Assembly: GCF_001194135.2 (NCBI RefSeq)
Contig: NC_068987.1
Coordinates: 55,157,570 to 55,221,569, forward strand
Length of the DNA: 64,000 nt
Direction: 5' to 3'
DNA from: Octopus bimaculoides
Taxonomy: Eukaryota
The notes beneath the pieces were generated by a model. It was not told where the DNA came from. It was given only the letters and a program-made list of their open reading frames with translations, and made no database searches. Shown one piece after another: positions 35,968-48,880 of the stretch (within the stretch, counting starts at the first letter, position 1; each line of letters opens with the position of its first letter). A program made the translations under genes and the position numbers.

Positions 35968-36140
35968 GTTCATCATCATTGAACATCTGTGTTACATGCT
36001 CGCATGGGTTGAACAGCTTTTCAGGAACTGGTAAGACCAGGGACCACACCAGATTCCGTAATCTGTTTTGGCTAGGTTTCTATGGCTGGATGCCCTTCCT
36101 GATGCCAACCTGTCCACAGTGTACTGAATGCTTTATTAAA
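35968..36140 (-). mobile_element. Family E element downstream of exon C, inverted relative to 34215-34468
   Basis: CATCATCATTGAACATC...GCATGGGTTGAACAG...GGCTGGATGCCCTTCCTGATGCCAACC. Confidence 0.75.
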
Positions 36141-36929
36141 ACTAACATTACAGCTTGTCGGTTCTTGACAAACCATGCAACTCATGCCAGCATGGAAAAC
36201 AAATATTAAATGAAATGATGATGGTGATGAAGCATGTGTTTCTTTTATATGTTCTTAGTTTATTTTGTTTGATTTCATTCATTTTGTCACATACATCTTA
36301 GCAAGTAGTTCTAACTAATCAGAAGTTACGTACAGCTGAAAATTGAGTTTATTTAAAGCCACCACCACAGCCATAATGCAATCTAAGAAAAAAAAACACA
36401 ATAATGGCTTTTAGCAAAATAACATTTAACTTTGTTTTTTAACTTGGTCTGTAGTGAAACACAATTTAAATACTAGGTAAGCTTCAGTTTTAATTATTAC
36501 TGTTAGTTCCAAACACAATAACCACATAAGAATTAAAAAGCGAAGATAGTTATTTAATTTAGAGAATTTAGATGCAAGCATGGCTGTGTGGTAAGAAGCT
36601 TGCTTCCCAACCATGTGGTTGCTGGTCCAATCCCAGTTTGTGGTACTATAGACCTGGGCCAACAAAAGCCTTGTGAGTGGTTTTGAAAGATAGAAACTGA
36701 AAGAAGCCTGTCATGTGTGTGGGTGTCTCCTGAATGGAGACACAAATATACACACATACACTCAGCCATGTACAGGGATGTTGTCAGTAAGGTCCGGGGA
36801 ACGTGAAGTCTAGTTGACATTGCCGTAGCAGGAGATTATTCTCTCTGCAAAGCACTGCCATTTCTGTTGTGGTATAAGCAGTTGCCCCATCTTGCTGGAA
36901 CCATGTATGAGGTCTACTTTGAATGGCCA

Positions 36930-37906
36930 GGCGCAGAAAGGTCTCAATCATGGATGCCTGAAAGAGAGGATTTATTGCGGATGCACAGAGGCAATGAACA
37001 CTGAAAATGTACAGAAAACAGATTTCATCACATGCCAGGAAAAACTAGAAGTAGTTGATAGCTTCTGTTACCTAGGTGACCAAGTCAGTAGCAGGAGTGG
37101 ACACTCTGAGAGCGTAACTGCTAGAATAAGAATAGACTGGGCAAAGTTCAGAGAGCTCTTATCTCTGCTGGTAACAAAGGAGTGAAAGGTAGACTGTATG
37201 ATGCATGTGTGCAAACAGCCTTGCTATACGGCATAGGCTTGAAAGAAATTAAGCTAGTATGCTCCATTTTGATGTGCAATATCAGTGTGCATATATGACG
37301 AGTAAGTGCCCTGAGAGAAAAGTTGGACATAAGAAGCATCAGATGTGGTGTGCAAGAGAGATGATTGTGCTGGTATGGTCATGTTTTGCGTATGGATGAG
37401 GACAGCTATGTGAAGAAGTGTCATACCCTAACTGCAGAGGGAACCTGTGGAAGAGGCAGACCCAGGAAGACATAGGGTGAGGTGGTAAAGCACAATCTTC
37501 GAACATTGTTCCTCACAGAGGCAATGACAAGTGACTGAGACCTTTGGAGATATGCTGTGCTTGAGAAGACCCAGTAAGCCAAGTGAGTTCATAACTGTAG
37601 CTGATGCCAGTGTTGCATAGCTGGCCCATTTAAAAGTACCATTCAATTGTCGGGCAATATGCTATGCTTGAGAAGACCTGTTGAGCAAAGTGAAATAATA
37701 GTCATGGCCGATGCCAGTGGCATGTAAAAAGCACCATTCAAGCATGGCCGATGCCATTGTTGCCTGACTGGCACATAAAATGCACCCACTACTCTCTGAG
37801 TGGTTGGCATTAGGAAGGGCATCCAGCTGTAGAAACTTTGCCAGATCAGATTGGAGCCTGGTACAGCCTCCTGGCATGGAAAGCAGGCATTAAATGATGA
37901 TGATGA
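36930..37906 (+). mobile_element. 5'-truncated RTE-clade LINE: C-terminal ORF remnant plus 3' UTR ending in (GAT)n
   Basis: Translates to LEVVDSFCYLGDQVSS...RIRIDWAKFRELL, GRLYDACV, ER*LCWYGHVLRMDED and GTCGRGRPRKT*. These motifs are typical of the region after the RT domain in RTE LINEs. Stops and frameshifts are present; the tail is ATGATGATGAC. Confidence 0.85.
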
Positions 37907-38849
37907 CACATATACACACGCACAGAGGGTTTCTTTCAAGTACTTCTTTGATTTTGCTAGCCTGGTACTAGAATACCTGTTGTCATAACATTGCAGTTCT
38001 CTTCACAGTTATGTACATTCCTTCTTCTCTTCTACACAAGTCACTGTGTTATTGTTAAGATGGTGAACCAGCAGAATTGTTTAGTTTATGAGACAAAGTA
38101 CTTTGTGGCATTTCTTCTGACACTTTACATTCTGAGTTCAAATACTGCCAAAGACAGTTTTGCCTTTTATCCCTTTGGAGGAGCAGAATAAATTAAGTAC
38201 CAGTCAAGTAACTCTCTCCCTCTAAGATTTCTGGCCTTGATACTATTATATTTATATATATATATATATATATATATGTCTTGCAATGTACTTGGTGACC
38301 CTGTCAGTGCAGGTGCCACTTAAAAAGCATCCAGTCCACACTGTAAAGGGGTTGGTGTTTGGAAGGGCATCCAGCTGTAAAAACCTTGTCAAAACTGACC
38401 TCGCCTGTGCTTGTGCCACATCAAAAGCACTAAGCCCAATCTGCTGAGTGTTTGGACATCCAGCTGTAAAAATCCTGCCAAAGCAGTCACTCCAACCGTC
38501 CCACCCGTGTCAGCATGGAAGGCAGACATTAAACGGCAATGATGATGATGATGATGATTATTATTATAAGTAGTAGTAAGTGGTGGTGAGCTAGCTGAAT
38601 CGTTAGCATGCCAGACAAAGTGCATATCAGCATTTCGACTGTCTTTATGTTCTGAGTTCAAATTCTACCAAGGTTGACTTTGCCTTTCATCCTTTCTGGG
38701 GCGACAAAATAACTTCCAGCCATGTACTGGGGTCAATGTAATTGACTAGCCCTTTCCCACAAAACTTCAGGCTTTGTGTCTATAATAGAAAGCGTTGTTG
38801 TTGTTGTTGTTATTATTGCTACTTGCTGTTAATATGTAAACAAACTGTC

Positions 38850-39240
38850 ATGTGATCATAGTCATAATTGTAACTGTACCATTTCTGCTGATTTGGTAAG
38901 TTTTTTTTCCCTGTGGCAGTAATATTGATAACATATAAGCTACACTGGTATCATTGTCTGCTGATGGTTGTAAAATGATATCAGATCTACAAATAACAAC
39001 ATCACATTCCTTGATAATGATGTTAAGATTGAATATGTATATATAAATGATGCCAATTCCTGATTTGCAAGATAAAACAATTCTTTCTGTGTGTTTCTGC
39101 ATGATTGTCTTTCTGTCTGTGAGACATATGTCAAATGAAGGCCTCCAGACAGAAACAGTTTTCCATTTCTCATGATGTTCTTGTATTCTTTTCCTGGATT
39201 CAGTCACTGGACTGCAGATATGCTGGAGTAGCATGATTGA
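38850..39240 (-). mobile_element. Old reverse-transcriptase remnant of an RTE-like LINE
   Basis: The 128-aa minus ORF contains PSADNDTSVAYMLSILLPQG, resembling the RT motif SPDGDTxxFxIxAGVLQG. It is degenerate and lacks splice context. Confidence 0.45.
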
Positions 39241-39315
39241 AGCTACTAGACAATCATATCAGTCTTTAAACTTGTTAGTTGTTTAATTCTGCTACTTATG
39301 TTATTGATCTCACAT

Positions 39316-39366
<51 letters not shown>

Positions 39367-39721
39367 ACTCACACACACACGTGTGTGTGTGCTTGTTCCC
39401 CAGTGCTGCTTGACAACCGGTGTTGGTGTGTTTACATCTCCATAACTTAGTGATTCGGCAAAAGAGACTGAAAGAATAAGTACCAGGCTTAAAAAGAAAA
39501 TCCTTCAATTTGGTGCCCCAGCATGGCTGCCGTCTGATGATTGAAACAAGTAAAAGATAAAGATATATATTAAAGATAAGAAAAAGAAATGGATGGTGGG
39601 GGCTTAATCAATGAGGAATTGGTGGGGGAGACAGAGAAAGCTGTTTAAAAGAAATTATTTTAAATTATGATCTATGCTATTCAAATTTATATTTGATTTT
39701 CCCAAAAATTTATTTTTTCAG

Positions 39722-39986
39722 TTCCAAATCAATATGGTGAAGGACCTCCATCATATCGGGAGCTTGACCGGGACAAAAAATATGGCAAAAATGAATTTCC
39801 AGCTGACTATATCAATGATCCAGTGAGTGGACATCCTGCAAATTTAGGAAACTACAAAGATGAGGATGGCACTTATTTTGTGGATAATACCATCCCAAGG
39901 AGGAGACCGGATTACTATAATATTGAAAGCTCCAAGCCACCTGATGAAGAATCTGATGGCTTAGCTTCATCATCAGTGGATGGCAG
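39722..39986 (+). CDS. Coding exon D
   Basis: Acceptor ttattttttcAG at 39720-39721. The phase-1 start (A+TT = Ile) joins exon C in frame. Encodes IPNQYGEGPPSYRELDRDKKYGKNEF...DEESDGLASSSVDG(R). Donor CAG|GTTATG at 39986/39987; an alternative GTGAGT lies at 39992. Confidence 0.88.
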
Positions 39987-40954
39987 GTTATGTGAGTATA
40001 CTAAAATACTTTGCATGTTTTTGGTGGGATTTTTTTTTTTTTTTTGTATTCTACAGTTTTGCAGCATTTGAGGAATGATTGGATAACATGACATGTAGTT
40101 GAGCAATGTAGACTTGAGCGTAAATGGACGTAGAGCAAGAGGGAAAATTGTATAACAAATAGATTGATTGCTGAGAGGTGACTGTATTGATATGGATGCT
40201 ATAAAATGTTTACATGGTGAGGAGTTGTTCGCAGGACAACCGTCACAGAGGTTGTAAAGAAGAAAAACGTGCTGTTAGATGTTATTGTTGTTTAGCATCT
40301 AAGCAACAATAGCATCTGTTTGAGTTGATTTATGATAAAAGGCAATCTTGTCATGGGCCTCCTGTCTTTTTTTTTTTTTGTTTTTTTCATCAAGAATTAC
40401 ATTGTCCAATGTAACCTTTTATGACAGAAGGTTATGATTTGAAGGCGATTTAGTTGCTATGTCTAGCAGATTGAGAAATTATGTTGAGGTTTCTGCTTTG
40501 ACTTGTAGAATAGGTGGATTTGATTTATAGCAAGTGCAAACTGATGTTTTATTGTACCTCTTCCCTTCCTATGTGACTTACATCCAGAAAGTTTTGAATT
40601 CAATGCTACACATCAAATGCAAAAGAAGTTTGTTTCCTGACAATGCAGTTTCTGGTTCAGTGCATCCCACGATGCAGCACCTTGAGAAAATATCTTGTTA
40701 TAACCCCAGGACAACTAAAGGCTTCTGGGATAATTTTGTCTACAGAAACTGAAAGAAGCCTGTCATGTTAGTGTGTCTATGTTTGCTTACTTTCATACTG
40801 TATGGCAGTTGCAATTTATAGACTATGTTGTTGTTATCACTTCTGTCAACAAATCATCCACTCCCTTTGTGTCCTCCATGATGTATGAAATAAGAGGCCT
40901 TTACTTGAAAAACGTATAAAGGTTAGCAGTTGAAAGGGTATGTGGCTAACGCAT

Positions 40955-40994
<40 letters not shown>

Positions 40995-42138
40995 ATATAT
41001 ATCATCATCATCATCATCATCGTTTAACATCTGCTTTCCATGCTAGCTTGGGTTGGACGATTTGACTGAGGACTGGTGAAACCAGATGGCTACACCAGGC
41101 TCCAATCTGATTTGGCAGAGTTTCTACAAAAGAGACTGAAAGAATAAGTACCAGTTGATATGTTCTTGATTTCCAGGCAAACAAACTAAAGTATCTCACA
41201 TCTACCTTCAATATATAAGGCATATACATTATCATACATCTGGTTTTCTATGCTAATATGGGTTGGACAAGTCCTACAGTTATCTCATCACCTGTTGCAC
41301 ACCTTTGCTATGTATCACACAGCAATTTTTATTGTTGTGTATGTCATGTTAGTATAGTTCTTATGGGAGGATACTCTTCCTCATACTAATCTGTTTGTAC
41401 CATGGATTGACATATTTTTAATTGTGCTAATTCTGGAGACATTGTCTGCAGCCAGAGTCAAGAGCATCCACTCCCCTATTTCTTGTTTCTTCACTGAGTT
41501 GGTGTATTTCCAGGTAGGTTGCCCACACAACTGCATGCACAGTTCACATCTCCTCTATTTGTTCCTTTATCTTTTAACATTCCGCTAAGGTTGGTTTTGC
41601 CTTTCATCCTTTCGGGGTTCGATAAATTAAGTACCAGTTGCGTACTGGAGTCAATCTAATCAACTGCCCCCCCCCCACTCCAAAATATTTGGGCTTTGTG
41701 CCTAGAATAGAAAAGAATATTCATCCAGCATGGACTGAGTGGATGTCACTGATTCTGGGAAGCTTGTCTGTCTTTAGAAACACATTGAGAATTTGAATGT
41801 CAAATCAATAACCCAATTGGGTATTGACAGTTGTTGCTCTGACAACAGTAATTAGCCTCAGTGGATCTTGGGCCAATGTGAGAAGGGTTAATAGTATTAT
41901 TGTAATATATACTGTTTAGTAATTAGAGAAGTCACAGACATGAGTCAGCAAGTTGGCATGAGCAAAGTGTTTTAGCTAGTACGCAATTCTTACTGATGCA
42001 ACTTGTTTATGTCCCAGTCAGCCCTGACTGAGTAGACATATTATTAAAGGTGTTCCAGTTGTGGCCATCTCATCCTTTTTTCAGGCACATTGTATGTAGA
42101 AATAAGTTATCCTTTTTTTATTATTATTCTTTTCTTAT

Positions 42139-42360
42139 TTAACCCTTTAGCATTTAAACCAGCGAAATCTGGTTCAAACATACTACATTTTTACATTCAA
42201 ACTAGCCATATCTAACCTCTCATGTATAACCTACACTAACATTCTAAACATAAACAACCACATCATCAAAACCTCTAAGCTATGAGATAATGCATAAATC
42301 CAACACAATTTAAATAAAAAAGCATTGTTTCACAAAATAATATGAACACTAAAGGGTTAT
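42139..42360. mobile_element. TTAA MITE family G
   Basis: TTAACCCTTTAGCATTTAAACC ... CACTAAAGGGTTAT. Confidence 0.75.
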
Positions 42361-43631
42361 GGTGATATGGATGTTTTTAATTTTTTTTTGAGGACATTTG
42401 GCTGCTATTTTAAGCAGGCTGAACCAACCACAAAGAGGCTCTATACTTTGCCTTTGCGAAGAAGTAACTACTTCAAATAAAATGGAGTGGCAGGTGCATT
42501 GTTGGCAAGTTCAACAAAACTTGAATTGTTGTAGAAGCAAAAGAGATAGAGATTGCATTGCATATCAGATGGATGGGTTTTTTATTTAGTTACTTTTGGA
42601 TGCTGTTGAATGTATGTCAAATCTAGAATTTTGGTAGTGTGAGGTGTATAGTGGTCTGGAGCATCTGAATGTGTGTGTGTGCGTGTGCTTGGGTTGGAAT
42701 GTTCTGCCATTTTAAATATTTCTATGCAGTATTCGAGCAGATGTATGGCCCTACCTAATAGTAGCCATTCAGCCATGATGCAAATGAGTTAAAATGAGAA
42801 AACGATAACAACAACAAGACAACAATATGCCTTACCTTGGGGTACAATGTAATGCAACGACAGTGGTAATATTGGAAGAAATTAAAAATTAGCTATGTGA
42901 AGCAGAAGAGCATTTTTGCTTTCAAAAGAAGTTTATTACTTCTTTAGCGAATTGGTTTCACACATCGATAAACAGAAATCTTTATATCGTTTGTTTAATT
43001 TTTGTATAGTTTATCGTCTCTTTCGATGTTTCTTATTTATTTGATGTTAAAGATTTTCAACATAGATTTATAGAATTTCAGAATCTGTGGAAATAGGAAC
43101 AAGAAATATTGAAATAAATAACAAATACATAAATGTGAGATTAAATAATAAAAAAATTTAAAAAATGGTCTGGAAGTGGTTGTACAGGGTGAGTGGGTGT
43201 GTACCAGTTTCATTTCATGGTTGACTGGTTAACACTTAGAAGTATAAGACTATTCATCCATAAGGAAACAACAGTTCTGTATTTCAAAGAAAGGGCTAAT
43301 TAGGAACTGTTGATGTTCATGCATTTTCCAGTGGTTATTAAAGAGCTGGCAGTACTGCTAGCATGCCAGACAAAAATGCTTAGTGGTATTTGTTCTGGCT
43401 TTACCTTCCGGGTTCAGATGTTGCCAAGATCAACTTTGCTTTTCATCCTTTCGGGGTCAATAAAGCAATGTACCATTTGAGCCCTGGGGTCAATGTAACT
43501 GGTTAGCCCTTCCTCAACCCCCCGCCACACACACACACACACACAATTTCAGACTTTGTGCCAAATGTAGAAAGAATTACTATTGTTTTTCCAATTTTTA
43601 ATCCCTTGCATCATGGCTGAGCAGCTACCTG

Positions 43632-43857
43632 TCACCCTTTAGCATTTAAACCAGCCATATCCAGCACAAGTATTCTACCTGTGTTATGCTCAAACTGACC
43701 AAATCCAGCCTCTCACACCTACCCTGCAATGTCATCCTAAAAATGAACGTAGTCACATCAAAATCTTGAAGCTATGAGATAATACATGATTAATTCAAAA
43801 CAAAGTGAATAAATAAGCATTACATTTATCAGAGCATTCTAAATGCTAAAGAGTCAA
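43632..43857. mobile_element. TTAA MITE family G
   Basis: CCCTTTAGCATTTAAACCAGCCATATCC ... AAATGCTAAAGAGTCAA. Confidence 0.7.
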
Positions 43858-45015
43858 ATTATCATATATTCTTAAACGTCCACAGTGTACCTAGACTACA
43901 CTTGCATGCGCTACAGTGCATTGTTTAGATCTACTGCTTTAATCAATCACATGGTACCTGGATGCCTTCAACAGAATTCATCTTGCTGATGTGAAGATAT
44001 CTGAAACGGAATCATAATTCACTGAAGCAAATTTTTTGTGGCCAGATGCCTTTCCTGTTGCAATCCTCACCTGTTTTCAAGCAAAGTAATGTTTTTTCCA
44101 CATGGCCAGACATGTTTCTCATAGAAAACTGGAAACAAACAGCACATGATGTCAAGACATCAATAGATGGGCACATGCACACGCGTGCACCCACACACAC
44201 AAACACACAGTGAGCTTTTTCATTTTCAATCTATCAAATCCACTCACAAAATTTTGAATGGCCTAGGGCTTGCCTAAGGTGCCATGCAGTGGGGCTAAAC
44301 ACCCCAAAAAAACATGGTCAGAAAGCAATCTTTTTAACCATATTCCCATACCAAACATTTTCCTTCTATCTTTTCTGTAGTTCTATGTTTGTGGAGATGC
44401 TGAAATGACATTCAGTAAAATAAGAGTAATTACTATAGAAAAATCTTGTAGAGTTATAACAAATTTCTAATTAACCAAGCAGTAAATTTTGCAGACATTG
44501 CATTAATCCTGACACAATTTCTCCATAATTTATGTAGCACATGTTGCAGCCTACTTTAGCATTTTATATTTAGTTCTACATATCTTTGTTTAGTTTCTAG
44601 CTCAACTGATATTCTATTTATTTGTTTATTTAAATTAACAACTGCAATAAAACTGTGGGAACTAAGAGCTGCCAAGTGTTGAACATGTATTAACATATTC
44701 TTGGACCGACTTATGTGCAGTGATACCAAATAGTTTTTCTTTAAATAATGAGAAACTAGTCAGCAGATATTACTCATATATTGTCACTCTGGGTTATTCT
44801 TCGTCATTTGTTATCAGTTTTCCTTATCTGATTCTTGGAAAAATTTCTCGTTGATGTTTCATAGAAATTTGCGTTGTGTGAAATGAATAAATGGAAAATA
44901 TAATTAAAAAGAGTATATAAATTTAGAGTATGAATTTTAAAACAAATCTAAAACCAAATTAAAGTTAATACCCAGAATGAGGTCATTCAAATTATTTAGA
45001 CTTTGCACATGACTT

Positions 45016-45051
<36 letters not shown>

Positions 45052-45065
45052 CTCCTACATGAGAC

Positions 45066-45412
45066 ATATATGGCTATGTGGTTAAGGAGTTTGCTTCACA
45101 GCCATGTTGTTTTGGGTTCAGTCCCACTATGCAGCTCCTTGGCCAAGCTTCTGTTATAACCCCAAACAGACAAATGCCTCATGAGTAAATTTGGGAGAGA
45201 GAAACTGTGAGAAACCCATTGTGCATGTGTAGGTTTGTTTTCCCTTTAGTTGAAAACTGGTGTTGGTTTGTTAACATCCCAGTAAGTTAGCAATTCAGCA
45301 GTAGGAACCAATAGAATAAGTACCAGACTTAAAATAATGACAGTAGTCAATTTGTTTGGCTTACTCTACAAAGCAGTGGTCCAGCATTGCCGTAGTCCAA
45401 TGACTGAAATCA
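45066..45412 (+). mobile_element. SINE family A, diverged
   Basis: Head TGGCTATGTGGTTAAG, GGGTTCAGTCCC, and tail CCAGCATTGCCGTAGTCCAATGACTGAAA. Confidence 0.75.
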
Positions 45413-46205
45413 AATATGAGTCCTACGTATCTATGGAGAAGCAACATTCTTCTTTTTAATTAGCTTCTTTTTTTTAATGCTAACTATATTAAATTTGCTG
45501 AGGAATTTCTTTTAATACTTTCATAGTCATGTCTACTCGTGCACAATATTTAAATCTACAATGATTCTTTTATTACTACCTCATTAAATGTATGACAAAG
45601 TTTGTGCTTTGCTAATGAGAGCTAATAAAACTGGAACATCTGTACATGTTTCTCATGTGCTTTCTAAAATGATTGAAACTGCATTGTTCATTGAGCTAAT
45701 GTTATCTTTCCCTCTCTAAATAATTATTTCTAATTAGCTTTTTGTTGCTTGCTACAGTAAATGTGTAAATGCTAAACTTAACTGCTGAAAGTGTGGTTGA
45801 CTTTTCATATTGTATCACTGGCACCATGTCTGTAGCTACTTCTTAGTGATCTATTTGACTATACCAGCAAGAACATTATATAACTACTTGCCTCAAAAAT
45901 ATATTCACCCCACTGATGCTAGCATGGAAAAACTGCTGTAAAAACAAACAAACAAGCAAATGCACGTGCACACACACACACACACACACACACATAAATA
46001 TAAATATAGACAAACAAGTGAATACAGAAGTTTACAATACACTGACAACCCTATCCAGTAGTAGAACTGTCTGCCAACCACATTCTATGCAGTCTGGGAT
46101 GGTGTTGGACTGTAAACTAAAACAGTCATGGAGTTTTTTTCATCACCAGTGCTATGCTATGTCTAGCCAAGCATAGAATTCTCAAATTACTTAATCCAGT
46201 TAGGT

Positions 46206-46472
46206 GTAATCCTTCTGTTACTGTATTTCTGTTGAAATAGACTACCTTTGTTTTAATTTTGAGAATAATGAAATATGGTTGAGCTGGTGTTTGGAACATG
46301 ACATAAATCTGGATGGAAGGTTTCAATTTAAGATTACTTTGCAACAAGAAGCTTGTATTATAGAATCAAGGATGGTCTTGGGCAGGCTTTAATTTTAGCT
46401 TTCTTTACAACAGGAAGTTTTGTCTCATACAACCAGGAGTGGCTTTGGTTAGGTTAGTATCAAAAGGATTAA
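46206..46472 (+). mobile_element. TTAA MITE family H
   Basis: CCTTCTGTTACTGTATTTCTGTTGAAATA ... GTATCAAAAGGATTAA. Confidence 0.65.
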
Positions 46473-46499
46473 AAAAAGGTATCTTGTCATGCTCTAAAC

Positions 46500-46987
46500 C
46501 AGGGCTTGCCAAACTTTTTTGACTATCAACCTTCTTTAGCCACTTTTCCTTCCACTTCAACCACCCTCCTCATTTAAAATATCTTAATACCCTACCTTAC
46601 CATACCATATCTTAAACGCATACCAGGTACTGATGCTGGCTATTAAAATGTTAGCTAAAATATACATGTACAACAAATTAAGAAATTCTATTGAAGAGAA
46701 CAAACTTTTTATATTTAAAATTACATGTATGAGTATACAGTATTTGACTTTCAATTTTTATGAAATTGTTTTCACGGTTAGAAAATGTGAAAAATGCATC
46801 ATATTGCTGGAATATCTTTTATTGAAATTAACAACATCAATGTGAGAGATGAGGATGGTGCAGACAAAGAATTTCAAGCAGTTCATCTGGGTGGGCTGGT
46901 CTTTCACATGCCGACCCCAATTCGACCCCCTTTAATTCCTTGCCGACCCTTAGGGGGCCCATTGGACACCCCTTTGGTGACCCCCTA
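46500..46987. mobile_element. hAT-type non-autonomous DNA transposon
   Basis: TIR CAGGGCTTGCCAAAC versus CTTTGGTGACCCCCTA. 8-bp TSD CTCTAAAC (46492-99) / CTCTAAAT (46988-95), a 7/8 match. Confidence 0.7.
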
Positions 46988-47734
46988 CTCTAAATAATGG
47001 ATACATTGTAAAATTAACAAATGTTTTGTTAGCTTTCTATACTGAGTTCAAATTCTCTAATTAGTATCAGCTGATGAAGTTTGAGTTCCATCATGTTGAC
47101 AAGACTTGCATACAGCCATACACACTGCATGAAGATAAGGACCTTGATTGAACCTTCAAATGCACTCACACACATTCAGAATAAATCAACATTGAAATAT
47201 GAGCATGCTGGAAGAACATAAGAATTGTCTAGTGATTAAAGCAGATATGTTCCTCTTTGACCATGTGATCCTCATCAGCTTTCTCAAGTTTTATTTTAAA
47301 AGAAAAACAAGGGTGGAGAGGGAAGTACTGCCTCCCTAGTAAACTTACTGAATGTTGAATGAGAGTAATGTGCATGGTCTGTATGAATGGACCTGCTCTG
47401 TGCATACATCTGTAGATTGTAGGGCAACAGTTGGGGGAGAGGGCAATTGCATTGGTATCAGGGTGGCTGAATTTGAAATTATTATTGTTGTTGTTGAAGG
47501 TAGAGAGTTGGCAGAAATGTTAGCATGTTGAACAAAAGTCTTAATAACATTTCTTCTGGCTTTCTATAATGTGACCCACAATGCCTCCAAGTAGACAATA
47601 AAAAAAAAAACCCTTACCTCATATGCAAACTAAGAATCTATGAAATGGGAGTTCAGTCCCTTATTTGCTCATCCACTGTATTTCTGCACAACTGTCTTAA
47701 GCTCAGTACTTATTTCTCAGATGATTTAATCGTC

Positions 47735-48180
47735 TCTCCTTTTGATACCAACCCACTTGAGATTACTCCTTCTTGGTTCTAGAAAACAAACTTCCTGCTT
47801 TAAAGTGATCTAAATTAAAGCCGTCCATCAAAATTTCATGTTAAGCTTTGATTCAAGCACCAGATTAATAATGGTTTCAAATTTTGGTTCAAAGTCAGCA
47901 TATTCATGAGAAGTCGATTACATCCCCCTAGTGGTCAACTGGTTCTTAATTTATCAACCCCAAAAGGATGAAAGGCAAAGTCAGCCTTGGCCGCATTTGA
48001 ACTCGGAATGTAAAACAGATGAATTGCTGCTGAGCATTTTATCTGACATACTAACAATTCTGCCAACTCACCGCCTTAAGAGTTATATCAATAATAAGTT
48101 ATTTTCTTAATTTTTTTAAATTTTAAAATAAATTTTAAAAGCACTATATTTTAACAGAAATATCATAACAAATGGGTTAA
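47735..48180 (-). mobile_element. TTAA MITE family H interrupted by SINE B (~47872-48075)
   Basis: MITE left part CCTTTTGATACC...CACCAGATTAATAAT, then a minus-strand SINE B, then MITE right part ...AACAGAAATATCATAACAAATGGGTTAA. Confidence 0.7.
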
Positions 48181-48502
48181 ATAAATAGACTGGGCTGCTT
48201 AAGGCACTAACACAATTCTGATGACTAAATACTAAGTATGGAAATTTCACTGGTTACTTCAGTACTTGGCTTCATTAGTGAAAGCTTTCGTGCTTATCAC
48301 ACTACTCTTAAAACCAGTACTTCTAAAATGGGTAGTAGGGAAGTGTGGTAGAGACATTTGTGCAGTTTCTTTAGTCCTTGTCTCCTATTTAAATGCTAAC
48401 TTACAAAAAAAAAAAAAATAATAATTTAATTCTCTGATACGCTGCTTGTTTGCTACAGTCACAACAATAATAACAACATTGGCAATAATAAGACTTCAAA
48501 AC

Positions 48503-48880
48503 GTGGGCGTGGTTGTGTGGTAAAAAGTTTGCTTTCAACAACATGGTTCCAAGTTCAGTCCCACTGTATAGCACCGTGGGTGTCTCCTATTTTAGTCCTG
48601 GGCTGATCAAAGCCTTCTGTTTGGATTTGGTAGACGGAAACTGAAGGAAGCCCAGTATGTATGTGTGTACCTGTCATTATGCTTATCCCCCACCACTACT
48701 TGACAACCAATGTGGGTCTGTTAATGTCCCTGTAACTTGGTGGTTCAGCAAAAGGGGACCCATAATTAGTACCAGACTTAAAATAGTACAGGGGTTGGCT
48801 TGTTCAACCAAACCCTTCAAGGCAGTGCTCCAGCATGGCTACAGTTCTATGACTGAAACAAAAAAGAAAGCAAAAATAAA
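48503..48880 (+). mobile_element. SINE family A
   Basis: Head, GGATTTGGTAGACGGAAACTGA and tail GGCAGTGCTCCAGCATGGC. Confidence 0.8.

Noticed and set aside
42830-42960. Strong minus-strand donors (AAG|GTAAGG near 42838; GG|GTAAGT near 49900) suggesting an antisense gene
   Set aside because: Isolated donor motifs with no linked acceptor or ORF are expected by chance in 64 kb.
48200-48310. Possible third hammerhead (CTGATGA at ~48219, GAAAGCTT downstream)
   Set aside because: Stem II is only 4 bp with an extra base before GAAA, and no stem I pairing was found.
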